Shown here one piece after another: positions 1-7,675 of a stretch of 24,000 nt of DNA (its first letter is position 1; each line of letters opens with the position of its first letter). The DNA comes from Turicibacter sp. (GTDB lineage: Bacteria; Bacillota_I; Bacilli_A; MOL361; Turicibacteraceae): positions 1-24,000 of the forward strand of contig WRGF01000207.1 of the NCBI GenBank assembly GCA_009787345.1, read 5' to 3'. The translations under genes were made by a program, and so were the position numbers. Below the pieces are notes generated by a model. The model was not told where the DNA came from and searched no databases. It saw only the letters and a program-made list of their open reading frames with translations.

Positions 1-10
1 CATATCCCAC

Positions 11-38
11 AAAAAAAAGCCCCCCAGTTGGGAAGCCC
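11..38 (-). terminator. Rho-independent terminator downstream of the TauE/SafE-type gene
   Basis: Minus strand GCTTCCC-AACT-GGGGGGC (with G-U pairs) followed by an 8-T run. Confidence 0.75.
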
Positions 39-45
39 TGAAGAT

Positions 46-825
46 TTAAACAAACAACATGATCCCGTTATAGACATTCAGGGAAATGACCCCCACCAGC
101 ACCATTTTGAATACGAGGCGGACGCTTTTTTCGCTTAGGCGGACACCGAACAATGCGCCCAGCAAACCGCCAATAGCCGCTGCCGGCAAAATCCAGGCAA
201 GGATCGCCAGGTCAAATGCCCCGAAGCCGCTGGTAAATGTTGTGGTCACCAAGCGGGAAGCCTGTGCGAAGAAAATGGTAATAATGGAATATCCCGCTGC
301 GTCCTTCATGGACATCCCGAACAAGAGCATAAAGGCCGCCACATTGATTGGGCCCCCGCCAATCCCAAGGAGGGAAGCCATGCCGCCAAGAACAATCCCA
401 GTCAAAAATACCAAGAACATGTTGTTGACTTTATAGGATTTGAAAATGCCGAACGAATAAAGGAGGGCAAAAAGCAGAGTAATGACGGATAAGGTGATTT
501 GGACCAGGTTGACGGTGTTTTCCTGGAACATGCCAAGGAGCCATTCAAGCTTTACGTTGCCCAGCATCCCGCCTACGATGGATCCGACGGATACGAAAAT
601 GGCTAGTCCCAGTTGGATGTCCATCCCTTTTTTAAATCGTTTCCATGTTGAGACCAGCGACATGACAATCACCGCTACACTAGCATAAAACGTCATGGAC
701 GCTACGTCGTGGTAACCTACCGTGTCAAAGACCGGGCGCATGATGACGCCGCCACTCATCCCGGAGATTGCCCCCAATAAGGTAGAAATGATGATGATGA
801 TTGCATAAATGATTCCGATTTCCAT
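46..825 (-). CDS. TauE/SafE (TSUP) family membrane permease
   Basis: Track ORF 46..915; multi-TM protein with GxxSGxxGGxxMRPVF and LGIGGGPINV motifs typical of TauE/SafE. The 915 start overlaps a TGGTATAAT -10 element, so ATG at 825 (MEIGIIYAII) after GTGGGAG is the more likely start. Confidence 0.85.
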   Translation of the reverse strand: MEIGIIYAIIIIISTLLGAISGMSGGVIMRPVFDTVGYHDVASMTFYASVAVIVMSLVSTWKRFKKGMDIQLGLAIFVSVGSIVGGMLGNVKLEWLLGMFQENTVNLVQITLSVITLLFALLYSFGIFKSYKVNNMFLVFLTGIVLGGMASLLGIGGGPINVAAFMLLFGMSMKDAAGYSIITIFFAQASRLVTTTFTSGFGAFDLAILAWILPAAAIGGLLGALFGVRLSEKSVRLVFKMVLVGVISLNVYNGIMLFV

Positions 826-913
826 AATAAACTCCCACTTTCCCTTGGCCGGGCGCCTTATCTCGCTGGATAAGTCCATCGCCGGCCGGCTAATTTTATT
901 TCTGTTTTGAAAC

Positions 914-922
914 ATTATACCA
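914..922 (-). promoter_or_regulatory. Extended -10 promoter (TGGTATAAT) for the TauE/SafE gene
   Basis: Minus strand reads AATAATGGTATAATGTTTC; consensus TATAAT with TGn extension. Confidence 0.5.
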
Positions 923-982
923 TTATTTTCAGTCCAGAGCTACGTAAAGATTGTGTAAATTTTACGCATTTTTTCAATAAAT

Positions 983-1234
983 TTAGGTTTTTTGGAGAAA
1001 AAGCAGGAGAAGCTGGATCACAAAAAGTATCGGGACCCCATATGAAAACTTCGGTTTCCCCGTCTTATGGCGCACCCTGTGCATCGCCACCCACATGGCC
1101 AGCGCCCCGCCTAGTGATGCCACGAGGAGCAGCGTCCGTTCCCGCACCCGCCTTTTTCCTTGGACCGCCGCCCGTTTATCATAAACCATCAATACCACTG
1201 CAACACTTGAAACCAAGATAAAATATGACTGCAT
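983..1234 (-). CDS. DUF1294-like small membrane protein
   Basis: YDKRAA...GKRRVRERTLLLVASLGGALAMWVAMHRVRHKTGKPKFSYGVPILFVIQLLLL matches the DUF1294 pattern (YDKxxA..RRIPExtLl..allGG..G.......HKT.KpkF). Start chosen at MQSYFILV; the track ORF extends to 1264. Confidence 0.75.
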   Translation of the reverse strand: MQSYFILVSSVAVVLMVYDKRAAVQGKRRVRERTLLLVASLGGALAMWVAMHRVRHKTGKPKFSYGVPILFVIQLLLLFLQKT

Positions 1235-1430
1235 CCCTTCACCCATGGCCATCACCTCTTCCATATATACAGGGTATTATACCATAGCCGCAGCCCCAAG
1301 GACGCAGGTTTTTTTATTTTCGGTTCATGCTAGTTGGCTCCATTCCTGGGAACGCCCCTTACTAACCGTTGATTTTACATAAATTTTATACCTGAATTAC
1401 AAAATTATCAAACTGTATTCGCTTCCACTA

Positions 1431-1459
1431 TTGAAAGGTGCCGATTCATGGGGTATAAT
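1431..1459 (+). promoter_or_regulatory. Sigma-A type promoter TTGAAA-17-TATAAT
   Basis: TTGAAA at 1431-1436 and TATAAT at 1454-1459 with exactly 17 bp spacing, upstream of the APC permease. Confidence 0.8.
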
Positions 1460-1488
1460 GACGTAAACCGAGTCAAGGAGGAGCTGTC

Positions 1489-2874
1489 ATGGAAAATAAA
1501 TTAACGAGGAAGTATGGGTTGGCAACGTCGATGTGCATGGTCATCGGGACCGTTATCGGAAGCGGTGTCTTTTTCAGGAACGAAGTCATTTTGGCAGCTG
1601 TTGGCAAGCACATGGGACAAGGGATTGCCGCTTGGGCCGTCGGTGGCTTGATTACGCTGGCCGCAGCTTACGTCTTTGGCGTCTTGGCCATGAAATATGA
1701 AAAGAGCGATGGGCTTGCCAGCTTTGCAGAAGTCCTGGTGGGCAAACGCTTTGGCTATCTGTTCGGCTGGTTTTTAGCTGTTATTTTTTACCCTGCCACC
1801 ACTGGCATCCTGGCCTGGGTCGCCGCCCGCTTCACCGTTATTTTATTCGGTTTCCATGCCAGTGCCGAATTCAGCGGGCAAACGTATATGCTGGCCCTCT
1901 TTTACCTGATTGCCATCTTCGCCCTCAACACCTTCAGCCCAAAATTTTCCGGGAAGTTCCAGGTCTCCACCACCGTCATTAAAATCATCCCCTTGGTGTT
2001 GATGGGGGTTGTAGGGACCGTGGTTGGGCTTTCCAATGGCATGACGGTCGCCAACCTGCACTCCACTTATGTGGCACAGGCCAGCGGGAACCCCTTTTTA
2101 GTTAGCCTAGTTGCAACCGCCTTCGCCTATACCGGCTGGGACACGCTGATTAACCTGACGGCGGAAATCAAAAACCCGAAACGAAACGTCCCGGCAGCCT
2201 TGGTTAGCGGGATGCTGATCATCATTTCGGTATATGTCCTTTATTTCATCGGCATATTTGGTTCTGCGCCGATCCAGGAAATCTCAGGAGGTTACGGTAT
2301 CCAAGGGGCATTCAGGAGCATTTTCAGCCACTTTGCCGGGACCGGCCTGTTCGTCTTTATCGTGATTTCTTGCCTGGGCACCCTTAATGGGCTGACTACC
2401 GGCGGGCAACGGATGTTTTACTCCTTAGCCACCCGGGGCAATAGCATCAACCCAAAAATGTTTTCCCAAATCGATGAAGTCAGCAATGTCCCGAATAATT
2501 CCGCGACGTTATTTTTGCTTTGTACCGCTGTTTGGATTGTCAGCTATGGTGCCAATTATGCCGGCTGGTACGGGGACTTTTTCTTCGATGTTTCCTCTTA
2601 CGTGCCAGTCACCTTCAACGCGTTTTTAATCCCGATTTTCATCCGGGTCATGGCCAGGGAAAAAGGGCTTGGGGTTTTCAACCGCTTTATTGCCCCTGCA
2701 CTTGCCACCCTTGGCGCCCTCTTTATGATTTACGCCGTCATTTATGCCGAAGGGATGGCTGTCCTCATTTACCTCATTGTCTTTAGCGCCATCATGGCAC
2801 TTGGCCTGAAATTTTATCACGGGAAAAAAGCCGTTGCTGCCGAACCTGTCAAAAGAAAAGTGGCACTCAATTAA
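1489..2874 (+). CDS. APC-family amino acid permease
   Basis: 461 aa, about 12 TM segments, N-terminal SMCMVIGTVIGSGVFF signature, AFAYTGWDTLINLTAEIKNPKRNVPAAL; RBS AAGGAGG upstream. Confidence 0.9.
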   Translation: MENKLTRKYGLATSMCMVIGTVIGSGVFFRNEVILAAVGKHMGQGIAAWAVGGLITLAAAYVFGVLAMKYEKSDGLASFAEVLVGKRFGYLFGWFLAVIFYPATTGILAWVAARFTVILFGFHASAEFSGQTYMLALFYLIAIFALNTFSPKFSGKFQVSTTVIKIIPLVLMGVVGTVVGLSNGMTVANLHSTYVAQASGNPFLVSLVATAFAYTGWDTLINLTAEIKNPKRNVPAALVSGMLIIISVYVLYFIGIFGSAPIQEISGGYGIQGAFRSIFSHFAGTGLFVFIVISCLGTLNGLTTGGQRMFYSLATRGNSINPKMFSQIDEVSNVPNNSATLFLLCTAVWIVSYGANYAGWYGDFFFDVSSYVPVTFNAFLIPIFIRVMAREKGLGVFNRFIAPALATLGALFMIYAVIYAEGMAVLIYLIVFSAIMALGLKFYHGKKAVAAEPVKRKVALN

Positions 2875-2880
2875 AAAAAA

Positions 2881-2916
2881 GCCCCGCTACAACTGCCCGG
2901 TTGCAGCGGGGCTTTT
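2881..2916 (+). terminator. Rho-independent terminator
   Basis: GCCCCGCTaCAACtGCCCgGTTGcAGCGGGGC followed by TTTT. Confidence 0.9.
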
Positions 2917-2997
2917 ATGCTAAATGATAAACTTTATAGGAAATTCCGATATAAAACGCCCCCATCCGCCATAAGATGGGTTAAGGGGGGATGCGCC

Positions 2998-3555
2998 TTG
3001 GAACCTGTAAAAAATCCGAAAACCAGTTGCCAGTACCCAGAGCCCGGCTTTAAGCGGCCCATTTTAAGGAGCCTTTCCAGGGAATGGTGCGAGTTGGAAT
3101 TTTCAAACAAAATCGTCTTGCTGATTGGCTTCGTCTTATTTTTAGAGCTTCTTTTTGCCGTTTTTTGGGGTGGGGAGTATAACTGGAAGACCATTAGTTT
3201 TAGGACGAGCCTCGGGGCGATTATGGGGTATGTCATCGGCGGGATGGGCAGCGCATCCGTTGAAAAACCAGAACAACCGGTTGCAACACCAACTGCTGTG
3301 CAAAGTGAAACCCCTGTTTCGCCCGTGCCCGCAGATGCCGGTGGTGATTGCCTGCCCGATAGCCGCTCCATCCAAAGCATGGTCCATTTGCGCAATGCGG
3401 TAGCCGGCTTTGTTTGCCTGACTTCAGTGGTCGTCTTATTTTTAATCAACATCACCGGAAGCGAAAATACCTTTGCCGAGGGCGTCCTGCAAATCAGGGA
3501 CATGATGTCCACCACCCTTGGCTTCCTGATTTCTGCCTCGGGGCGAAAAAAATAA
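2998..3555 (+). CDS. Hypothetical membrane protein
   Basis: Track ORF 2917..3555, but its ATG lies just after the terminator without an RBS. TTG at 2998 is preceded by AAGGGGGG at good spacing. Contains hydrophobic segments KIVLLIGFVLFLELLFAVFW and AVAGFVCLTSVVVLFLINI. Confidence 0.6.
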   Translation: MEPVKNPKTSCQYPEPGFKRPILRSLSREWCELEFSNKIVLLIGFVLFLELLFAVFWGGEYNWKTISFRTSLGAIMGYVIGGMGSASVEKPEQPVATPTAVQSETPVSPVPADAGGDCLPDSRSIQSMVHLRNAVAGFVCLTSVVVLFLINITGSENTFAEGVLQIRDMMSTTLGFLISASGRKK

Positions 3556-3597
3556 TGCAAAGGGGAGGCCAACATATAGGCATCCCCCTTTGCATTT
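3554..3597. terminator. Bidirectional terminator between convergent genes
   Basis: AATGCAAAGGGG-AGGCC aacatata GG-CATCCCCCTTTGCATT hairpin; T-rich on the minus strand exit (TTATTTTTTTC). Confidence 0.75.
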
Positions 3598-4732
3598 AAG
3601 ATGCCTCGGCAGCCAAGGCTGAATCTTTGATGTCACGCGCTGCTTCTTTGAATGCCTGTTCCAAGTCCCCCATCAAATCCCAGGCATCCTCAATCCCCAC
3701 GGAAAAACGCAGGAGGCAGTCGCAGACTCCCCGGGCAACCCTTATCTTTTCAGGGATGTCCATGTGGGTCTGAGTTGTTGGATAAGTGATGAAGCTCTCT
3801 GTCCCCCCCAGGCTTTCCGCGAAGGTAATGAGCTTTAGGTGGCGCAAAAACGGGTCGACCAAATCGCTGGATGCCATTTTAAAGGAAACCATCCCTCCTT
3901 TTCCCGGATAAAAAACTTGTTTCACCAAGGGGTGTCCTTCAAGGAAGCCTTTCATCTGGACCGCATTGGCCTGATGCTGCTTCATCCTTAGGGCAAGCGT
4001 CTTCATCCCCCGCATCAAAAGCCAGCAATCCATCGGGGCAAGCACCGCCCCCCCTCCATTATGATGCAAAAAAAGTTCCTCGCATAAATCTTTTCCCTTC
4101 GCCGCAATCAGCCCCGCCAACACATCGTTATGGCCGCTTAAATACTTGGTGGCGCTATGGATCACAACGTCCGCCCCGACGTGGATTGGCTTTTGCAGGA
4201 CCGGCGTGTAAAACGTGTTGTCGACAATAAGCAAAAGCCCGTGTTGTTTGGCGATTTCCGCCACCATGGCAATGTCCGTTTCTTGCATGAGGGGGTTGGT
4301 CGGCGTTTCCAAAAAAATTGCCTTTACTTGCGGATTGATGCTAAGTTCCACCTTCTCTTTTTGGGAAGTGTTCGTATAAATGGCCTTCAGGCCCCATTTT
4401 TTGAAGCCCCGTTCGAAAATCCGGTAGGTCCCGCCATATAAATCTTCGCTGACGATGATTTCATCCCCTGATTTGAATAAAGATAAGACCGTCTGGATTG
4501 CAGCCATCCCGGAAGCACAGGCAAATCCCCTATCCCCGCCTTCAAGGTCTGCAATGGCCTGCTCCAAAAGATCCCGGGTAGGGTTCCCGCTGCGGCTATA
4601 ATCGTACCCGGTCGACTGCCCTATCCCTTCATGGCGGTAAGCCGTCGAAAAATACACAGGAGCGTTCACAGCCCCGGTGGCAGACTCGCTCCGGTTCCCA
4701 ATTTGTGCTAGTTTCGTTTCGATTTTATGCAT
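3596..4732 (-). CDS. metI: Cys/Met metabolism PLP-dependent enzyme, MetI-like (cystathionine gamma-synthase / O-acetylhomoserine sulfhydrylase)
   Basis: 378 aa; YDYSRSGNPTR, FACASGMAAI, ETPTNPLM, VIHSATKYLSGHND; second gene of an S-box controlled pair as in B. subtilis metIC. Confidence 0.85.
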   Translation of the reverse strand: MHKIETKLAQIGNRSESATGAVNAPVYFSTAYRHEGIGQSTGYDYSRSGNPTRDLLEQAIADLEGGDRGFACASGMAAIQTVLSLFKSGDEIIVSEDLYGGTYRIFERGFKKWGLKAIYTNTSQKEKVELSINPQVKAIFLETPTNPLMQETDIAMVAEIAKQHGLLLIVDNTFYTPVLQKPIHVGADVVIHSATKYLSGHNDVLAGLIAAKGKDLCEELFLHHNGGGAVLAPMDCWLLMRGMKTLALRMKQHQANAVQMKGFLEGHPLVKQVFYPGKGGMVSFKMASSDLVDPFLRHLKLITFAESLGGTESFITYPTTQTHMDIPEKIRVARGVCDCLLRFSVGIEDAWDLMGDLEQAFKEAARDIKDSALAAEAS

Positions 4733-4758
4733 GATGCTCTCCCCTTTTAGTTGATATA

Positions 4759-5928
4759 TTACGCCAGTTTCAAGCTTCGCACCTTTACTTGCCCGAGTGC
4801 CTGTTCAAAGTCGGCAATCAGGTCATCCACTTGCTCAAGGCCCACCGACAGCCGGATCAGGCCATCGCTGATTCCCCGTTTTTGCCTCTCGGCTGCCGGC
4901 ATGGCGGCATGGGACATTTTGGCAGGGTAAGACAGGATGGATTCCACCCCGCCAAGGCTGACTGCATAGGCCGGCAGTTTCACATGCTTCAAAAAGATTT
5001 TCAACTCATTGACGCTTCCCAGTTCAAAGGACAAGACAGCGCCGGGCCCTGATGCCTGGCTTTTATGCTGGCGGTACTGGGGGTGGCTTTTAAGGCCAGG
5101 ATAATGGACTGCTTTTATTAGCGGGTGGCTTTCCAAATAACCCGCCATTTTTTGGGCAGACCTTTGGGATTCCGCCAAACGGACATGGAGGGTCTTAAGA
5201 CCCCGAAGGACCAGCCAGCAATCCTGGGCGCCAAGGACCGCACCAAAGGAATTTTGCAAAAACCCAAGGCGCTTGGCCAGGTCCTTGTTTTTCACGACGG
5301 CAAGCCCCGCCACCACATCGCTATGCCCCGACAGGAATTTGGTGGCGCTATGAAGGACGATGTCTGCCCCCAGGTCCAAAGGTCTTTGAAGCTGTGGCGT
5401 CAAGAAGGTGTTGTCCACGAAAGTCAATGCCCCTACCCCTTTTGCCAAGGCTGCAACCGCCCCTATATCCGTCACTTTCATGGTTGGGTTTGAAGGGGTT
5501 TCGATGTAAAATGCCTTCGTATTGGGGCGGATCCCCTGGCGGACGGCATTCAAGTTGGCCATGTCCACGAAGCTATGCTCCACCCCGAGGCGGCTCAAGA
5601 CTTCACTGACCAGCCGGTAGGTGCCCCCATAGACATCTTCCGAAATCAGCAAGTGGTCCCCAGCGGACAGTAATAGCAGCGCAGTGGAAATAGCAGCCAT
5701 CCCAGAGGCAAAAGCAAAGCCTGCCACCCCGCCTTCCAGTTCGGCGATAATCGACTCCAGCGCTTCACGGGTCGGGTTGCCGCTCCTTGAATAATCGAAT
5801 TTCCCAAAGCTGTCGAAATCGAATTGATGAAACGTCGAGGTGTGGTGCAATGGCGTGGATAAGGCCCCTGTTTCTTGGTCTACCTTATAATCGTTATGGT
5901 GAAGCTTCGTTTGAAATGTCACATCCAT
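4759..5928 (-). CDS. metC: Cys/Met metabolism PLP-dependent enzyme, MetC-like (cystathionine beta-lyase)
   Basis: 389 aa; FDYSRSGNPTREALE, FAFASGMAAIS, IETPSNPTMKVTD, VLHSATKFLSGHSDV; RBS AAGGAGG upstream; SAM riboswitch leader. Confidence 0.85.
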   Translation of the reverse strand: MDVTFQTKLHHNDYKVDQETGALSTPLHHTSTFHQFDFDSFGKFDYSRSGNPTREALESIIAELEGGVAGFAFASGMAAISTALLLLSAGDHLLISEDVYGGTYRLVSEVLSRLGVEHSFVDMANLNAVRQGIRPNTKAFYIETPSNPTMKVTDIGAVAALAKGVGALTFVDNTFLTPQLQRPLDLGADIVLHSATKFLSGHSDVVAGLAVVKNKDLAKRLGFLQNSFGAVLGAQDCWLVLRGLKTLHVRLAESQRSAQKMAGYLESHPLIKAVHYPGLKSHPQYRQHKSQASGPGAVLSFELGSVNELKIFLKHVKLPAYAVSLGGVESILSYPAKMSHAAMPAAERQKRGISDGLIRLSVGLEQVDDLIADFEQALGQVKVRSLKLA

Positions 5929-5953
5929 CTTTAAATCCTCCTTTTCCAGTCCA

Positions 5954-5997
5954 GGCTATTTTCATAGCAAAAATTGGTTTTTGCTATGAAAATAGCC
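5954..5997 (-). promoter_or_regulatory. 20-bp perfect hairpin between the S-box terminator and the metC RBS
   Basis: GGCTATTTTCATAGCAAAAA - 4 nt loop - TTTTTGCTATGAAAATAGCC; its 5' arm (RNA sense) overlaps the 3' arm of the terminator hairpin by 5 nt. Confidence 0.85.
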
Positions 5998-6021
5998 TTC
6001 CTATCAGTGATAGGAAGGCTA
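5993..6021 (-). terminator. S-box expression-platform terminator hairpin
   Basis: TAGCCTTCCTATCA/TGATAGGAAGGCTA inverted repeat followed on the minus strand by TATTTTC. Confidence 0.75.
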
Positions 6022-6033
6022 CGTCCAAAATCA

Positions 6034-6116
6034 CTCATCTACGGGAATTAGCACCGTGACCCATCCGTCCGGTTGCCGGGTTTCACAGGGCCTGTCCCTC
6101 CACCACTCTCGATAAG
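6034..6116 (-). ncRNA. SAM-I riboswitch (S-box) aptamer upstream of metC-metI
   Basis: Minus strand CUUAUCGAGAGUGGUGGAGGGACAGGCCCUGUGAAACCCGGCAACC...GGUGCUAAUUCCCGUAGAUGAG; P1 CUUAUC/GAUGAG. Confidence 0.96.
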
Positions 6117-6126
6117 AATTGAATAT

Positions 6127-6942
6127 TTAGTTATCCCAAACCGCAAACGCTGCGTTGTTGGTAATGCGGGCGATGATGTCTGCCACTTCGTCTGTCTGGA
6201 AATGCTCGACCACAGTGCGCAAAAGTTCGCTGTCAGCATCTTCTGGACGGGCGACGATGGCATTGATAAATGGCGAGTTGACATCAAGCTCTTCAAGAAG
6301 CAAAGCTTCTTCGTGCGGGTTGATGCCTGCATCGTTGGCAACGGAAGCATTCATCAATGTCAACGTAACATCTGGCATCGTGCGTGGAAGCATCTGCGCC
6401 TGTACCGATACAAGTTCAAGCTCAAGCGGGTTGGCGACGATATCCTCAGCTGTTGGCAACCAACCAGAATCTGGTGCCAGTTCAATAAAGCCAGCTGCTT
6501 CTAAAAGCAATAAGCCGCGGGCAAAGTTGGCGACGTCTTCCGGCAAAGCAACGGTTGCCCCTACAGGGACGTTATCCAGGGAATCCAGAGTATCGGAATA
6601 AATCCCGAAGTACATGATCATCGTATTCCCAATCGGCACCAAGTTTTGGCCATTTGTTGCATTGTAGTTATCCAAGAAGTTGATGCTTTGGAAAGCGTTG
6701 ATGTCAAGGTCGCCTTCGACCAGGGCTGTGTTCGGCGCAACCCAGTCAGTAAAACGGACAATTTCAAGGGTAATCCCTTCTTCTGCCAATGTATCGCGGA
6801 CATGTTCCCACTGGTCAAGCTGCTCCCCAACGACACCGACGCGCACGGTCTGTTCGCTGTCGCTGCTGCCACCAGTTGCCCCACAAGCTGCAAGGCTTGC
6901 TACTGCCAATCCACTAAGTAATAATGTTGCAAATTTTTTCAT
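6127..6942 (-). CDS. metQ: MetQ-like methionine-binding lipoprotein (NlpA family)
   Basis: Lipobox LAVASLAAC; VRVGVVGEQLDQWEHV...LEIVRFTDWVAPNTALVEGDLDINAFQ...; S-box leader. Start at MKKFATLLL (6942) with RBS AGGAGG; the track ORF extends to 6981. Confidence 0.88.
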   Translation of the reverse strand: MKKFATLLLSGLAVASLAACGATGGSSDSEQTVRVGVVGEQLDQWEHVRDTLAEEGITLEIVRFTDWVAPNTALVEGDLDINAFQSINFLDNYNATNGQNLVPIGNTMIMYFGIYSDTLDSLDNVPVGATVALPEDVANFARGLLLLEAAGFIELAPDSGWLPTAEDIVANPLELELVSVQAQMLPRTMPDVTLTLMNASVANDAGINPHEEALLLEELDVNSPFINAIVARPEDADSELLRTVVEHFQTDEVADIIARITNNAAFAVWDN

Positions 6943-6992
6943 GTGTTTATTCCTCCTAAAACTCTCTGCGAATTTCCTCATACTCTTTCCTT

Positions 6993-7154
6993 ATACTATT
7001 TCCGTTCCAAAAGCTACTTCCTGAGCGGTCTTTTCCGCCCTGGACCGTCGTCGCTCCTACGCACACGATATTCCACATCGCTTAACTCCGTCGCTCCTCG
7101 GCCAAAACGCAAAATCCTCGCTGATAAGGCAACTTTTTAGAACGGAAATAGTAT
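6993..7154. repeat. MITE-like / fold-back element in the metQ leader
   Basis: 15-bp perfect terminal inverted repeat ATACTATTTCCGTTC (6993-7007) / GAACGGAAATAGTAT (7140-7154), with weaker complementarity continuing inward (AAAAG.., TGAGCGG..TTTT..CG..TGG.CCG). No ORF of clear homology inside. Confidence 0.6.
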
Positions 7155-7183
7155 TAATCGCTGAGCGCTGCCTTCAAAAATGA

Positions 7184-7216
7184 AAAAGCCCCTCTGCCGG
7201 TGACAGAAAGGACCAA
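7184..7216 (-). terminator. S-box expression-platform terminator upstream of metQ
   Basis: Minus strand CCTTTCTG tcaccgg CAGAGGGG CTTTTTCATTTTT. Confidence 0.8.
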
Positions 7217-7235
7217 TCCTAAAAAGGTGCTTTCT

Positions 7236-7320
7236 CTCATCTCTAGGAATTGGCACCGTATCCATAATTGGATTGGTTGCCGGGCTTCACAGGGCCTGTC
7301 CCTCCGCCGCTCTTGATAAG
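7236..7320 (-). ncRNA. SAM-I riboswitch (S-box) aptamer upstream of metQ
   Basis: Minus strand CUUAUCAAGAGCGGCGGAGGGACAGGCCCUGUGAAGCCCGGCAACCAAUCC...ACGGUGCCAAUUCCUAGAGAUGAG. Confidence 0.97.
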
Positions 7321-7338
7321 AAATATGAAGTTACCCCT

Positions 7339-7366
7339 ATTATACAGCGTTCTAGGTGAAAGTCAA
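7339..7366 (-). promoter_or_regulatory. Promoter TTGACT-16-TATAAT for the S-box/metQ transcript
   Basis: Minus strand TTGACT (7366-7361) and TATAAT (7344-7339), 16 bp spacer, just upstream of the aptamer. Confidence 0.75.
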
Positions 7367-7468
7367 TGTTTTTTTTATGCTTTTTGTGGGGAATCCCGAA
7401 GAAAACGTTTCAAAAATGTGGCGGTTTTTAGCATATATTCCCAAAAAAGCCGTTGGGCGGTTAATTAA

Positions 7469-7477
7469 TGGTATAAT
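7469..7477 (+). promoter_or_regulatory. Extended -10 promoter TGGTATAAT for the cobalamin-riboswitch transcript
   Basis: TAATGGTATAATGATT about 10 nt before the riboswitch P1. Confidence 0.6.
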
Positions 7478-7486
7478 GATTCCATG

Positions 7487-7652
7487 CCCATGGGGTTCAC
7501 GCAGTGATTAATAGGGAACGGTGTCAAAGCACCGGCAGCCCCCGCTACTGTAAGGCAAACGAAACTGAAAATGCCACTGGCCAAGTGCTGGGAAGGCCCA
7601 GGAGTAGGAAGATAACTTATCAGGTGCCAAGCCAGGAGACCTGCCCCATGGA
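7487..7652 (+). ncRNA. Cobalamin (B12) riboswitch
   Basis: GGGAA..GGUG...CGGCAGCCCCCGCUACUGU, AAUGCCACUGG...GCUGGGAAGGC, and B12 box AAGCCAGGAGACCUGCC; P1 CCATGGGG (7488-7495) pairs with CCCCATGG (7644-7651). Confidence 0.96.
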
Positions 7653-7675
7653 GGATAATTCGGGAGGAATGAGTC

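Noticed and set aside
2934-3575. 213-aa minus-strand ORF
   Set aside because: Opposes the plus-strand membrane protein, which has a good RBS, TM segments and a matching terminator; the minus product looks like a shadow frame.
3596-5928. Possible recent duplication of one PLP gene
   Set aside because: The two proteins share family motifs but are well diverged and match the known MetI/MetC pair, so no recent local duplication is supported.
6646-6921. 91-aa plus-strand ORF
   Set aside because: Antisense to metQ; no supporting signals.
6943-7140. 65-aa plus-strand ORF in the metQ leader
   Set aside because: Lies inside the fold-back element and the riboswitch-metQ leader; the product is low-quality and has no RBS.
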